Shown in pieces: positions 21,215 to 21,219 of a DNA stretch of 21,219 nt; positions within the stretch are counted from its first letter, which is position 1, and each line of letters starts with the position of its first letter. A model generated the notes under the pieces. That model saw nothing but the letters and a program-made list of their open reading frames with translations. It had not been told where the DNA came from and searched no databases. The stretch is taken from NCBI GenBank assembly GCA_043228905.1, contig JBHGNT010000538.1, positions 1-21,219 of the forward strand, read 5' to 3'. This stretch comes from Azolla caroliniana (taxonomy: Eukaryota; Plantae; Polypodiophyta). Both the position numbers and the translations under genes were made by a program.

Positions 21215-21219
21215 CGGGC

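Larger units (their letters stand above)
15264..21219 (+). mobile_element. Ty1/copia element (copia-3): 5' LTR through RNase H; 3' LTR outside the window
   Basis: LTR, PBS, gag, CCHC knuckle, protease, integrase, RT and RNase H in copia order. Confidence 0.96.
15800..21219 (+). pseudogene. Disrupted copia gag-pol, interrupted at 17736-18837
   Basis: EKLDRSNYASW; CWYCAKKRHKESEC; WYVDSQVSNHM (DSG lost); LWHKRIDH...CEAC; HSDVWGP; SDGGKEY; QNAVAERKNR; [11 protein letters not shown]; YVDD; several stops and frameshifts. Confidence 0.95.

Noticed and set aside
21203-21219. Start of the copia-3 3' LTR
   Set aside because: The purine tract is followed by cgggc, not the TGTTGAG of the 5' LTR.

Overview
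Eukaryotic, land-plant-type, transposon-dense DNA; a non-flowering vascular plant such as a fern is a guess from the element types and the long TE-filled intron. The only clear host gene is the 5' half of a pseudouridine-5'-phosphate glycosidase (PUMY/PsuG) on the minus strand. It has six GT-AG exons (8819->5980) and an N-terminal PTS2 peroxisomal signal, and the next intron runs off the left edge (>=5.9 kb). That intron holds a decayed Ty1/copia RT-RNaseH with a nested solo LTR and the start of a repeat-containing 3' LTR, a gypsy-type LTR carrying a heat-shock-element array, and an internally deleted copia. Upstream of the gene (right) lie a 52-bp repeat, two cryptic in-frame exons, a 170-bp tandem repeat with telomere-like motifs, a 3'-truncated LINE with RTE-X/CR1-L2-like features, and a nearly complete decayed copia. 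That copia's integrase is interrupted by a 1.1-kb solo-LTR-like insert with 12-bp TIRs, a 4-bp TSD and a tRNA-like Pol III A/B-box cassette. No prokaryotic system or CRISPR array is supported. All calls come from manual reading; no searches were run.
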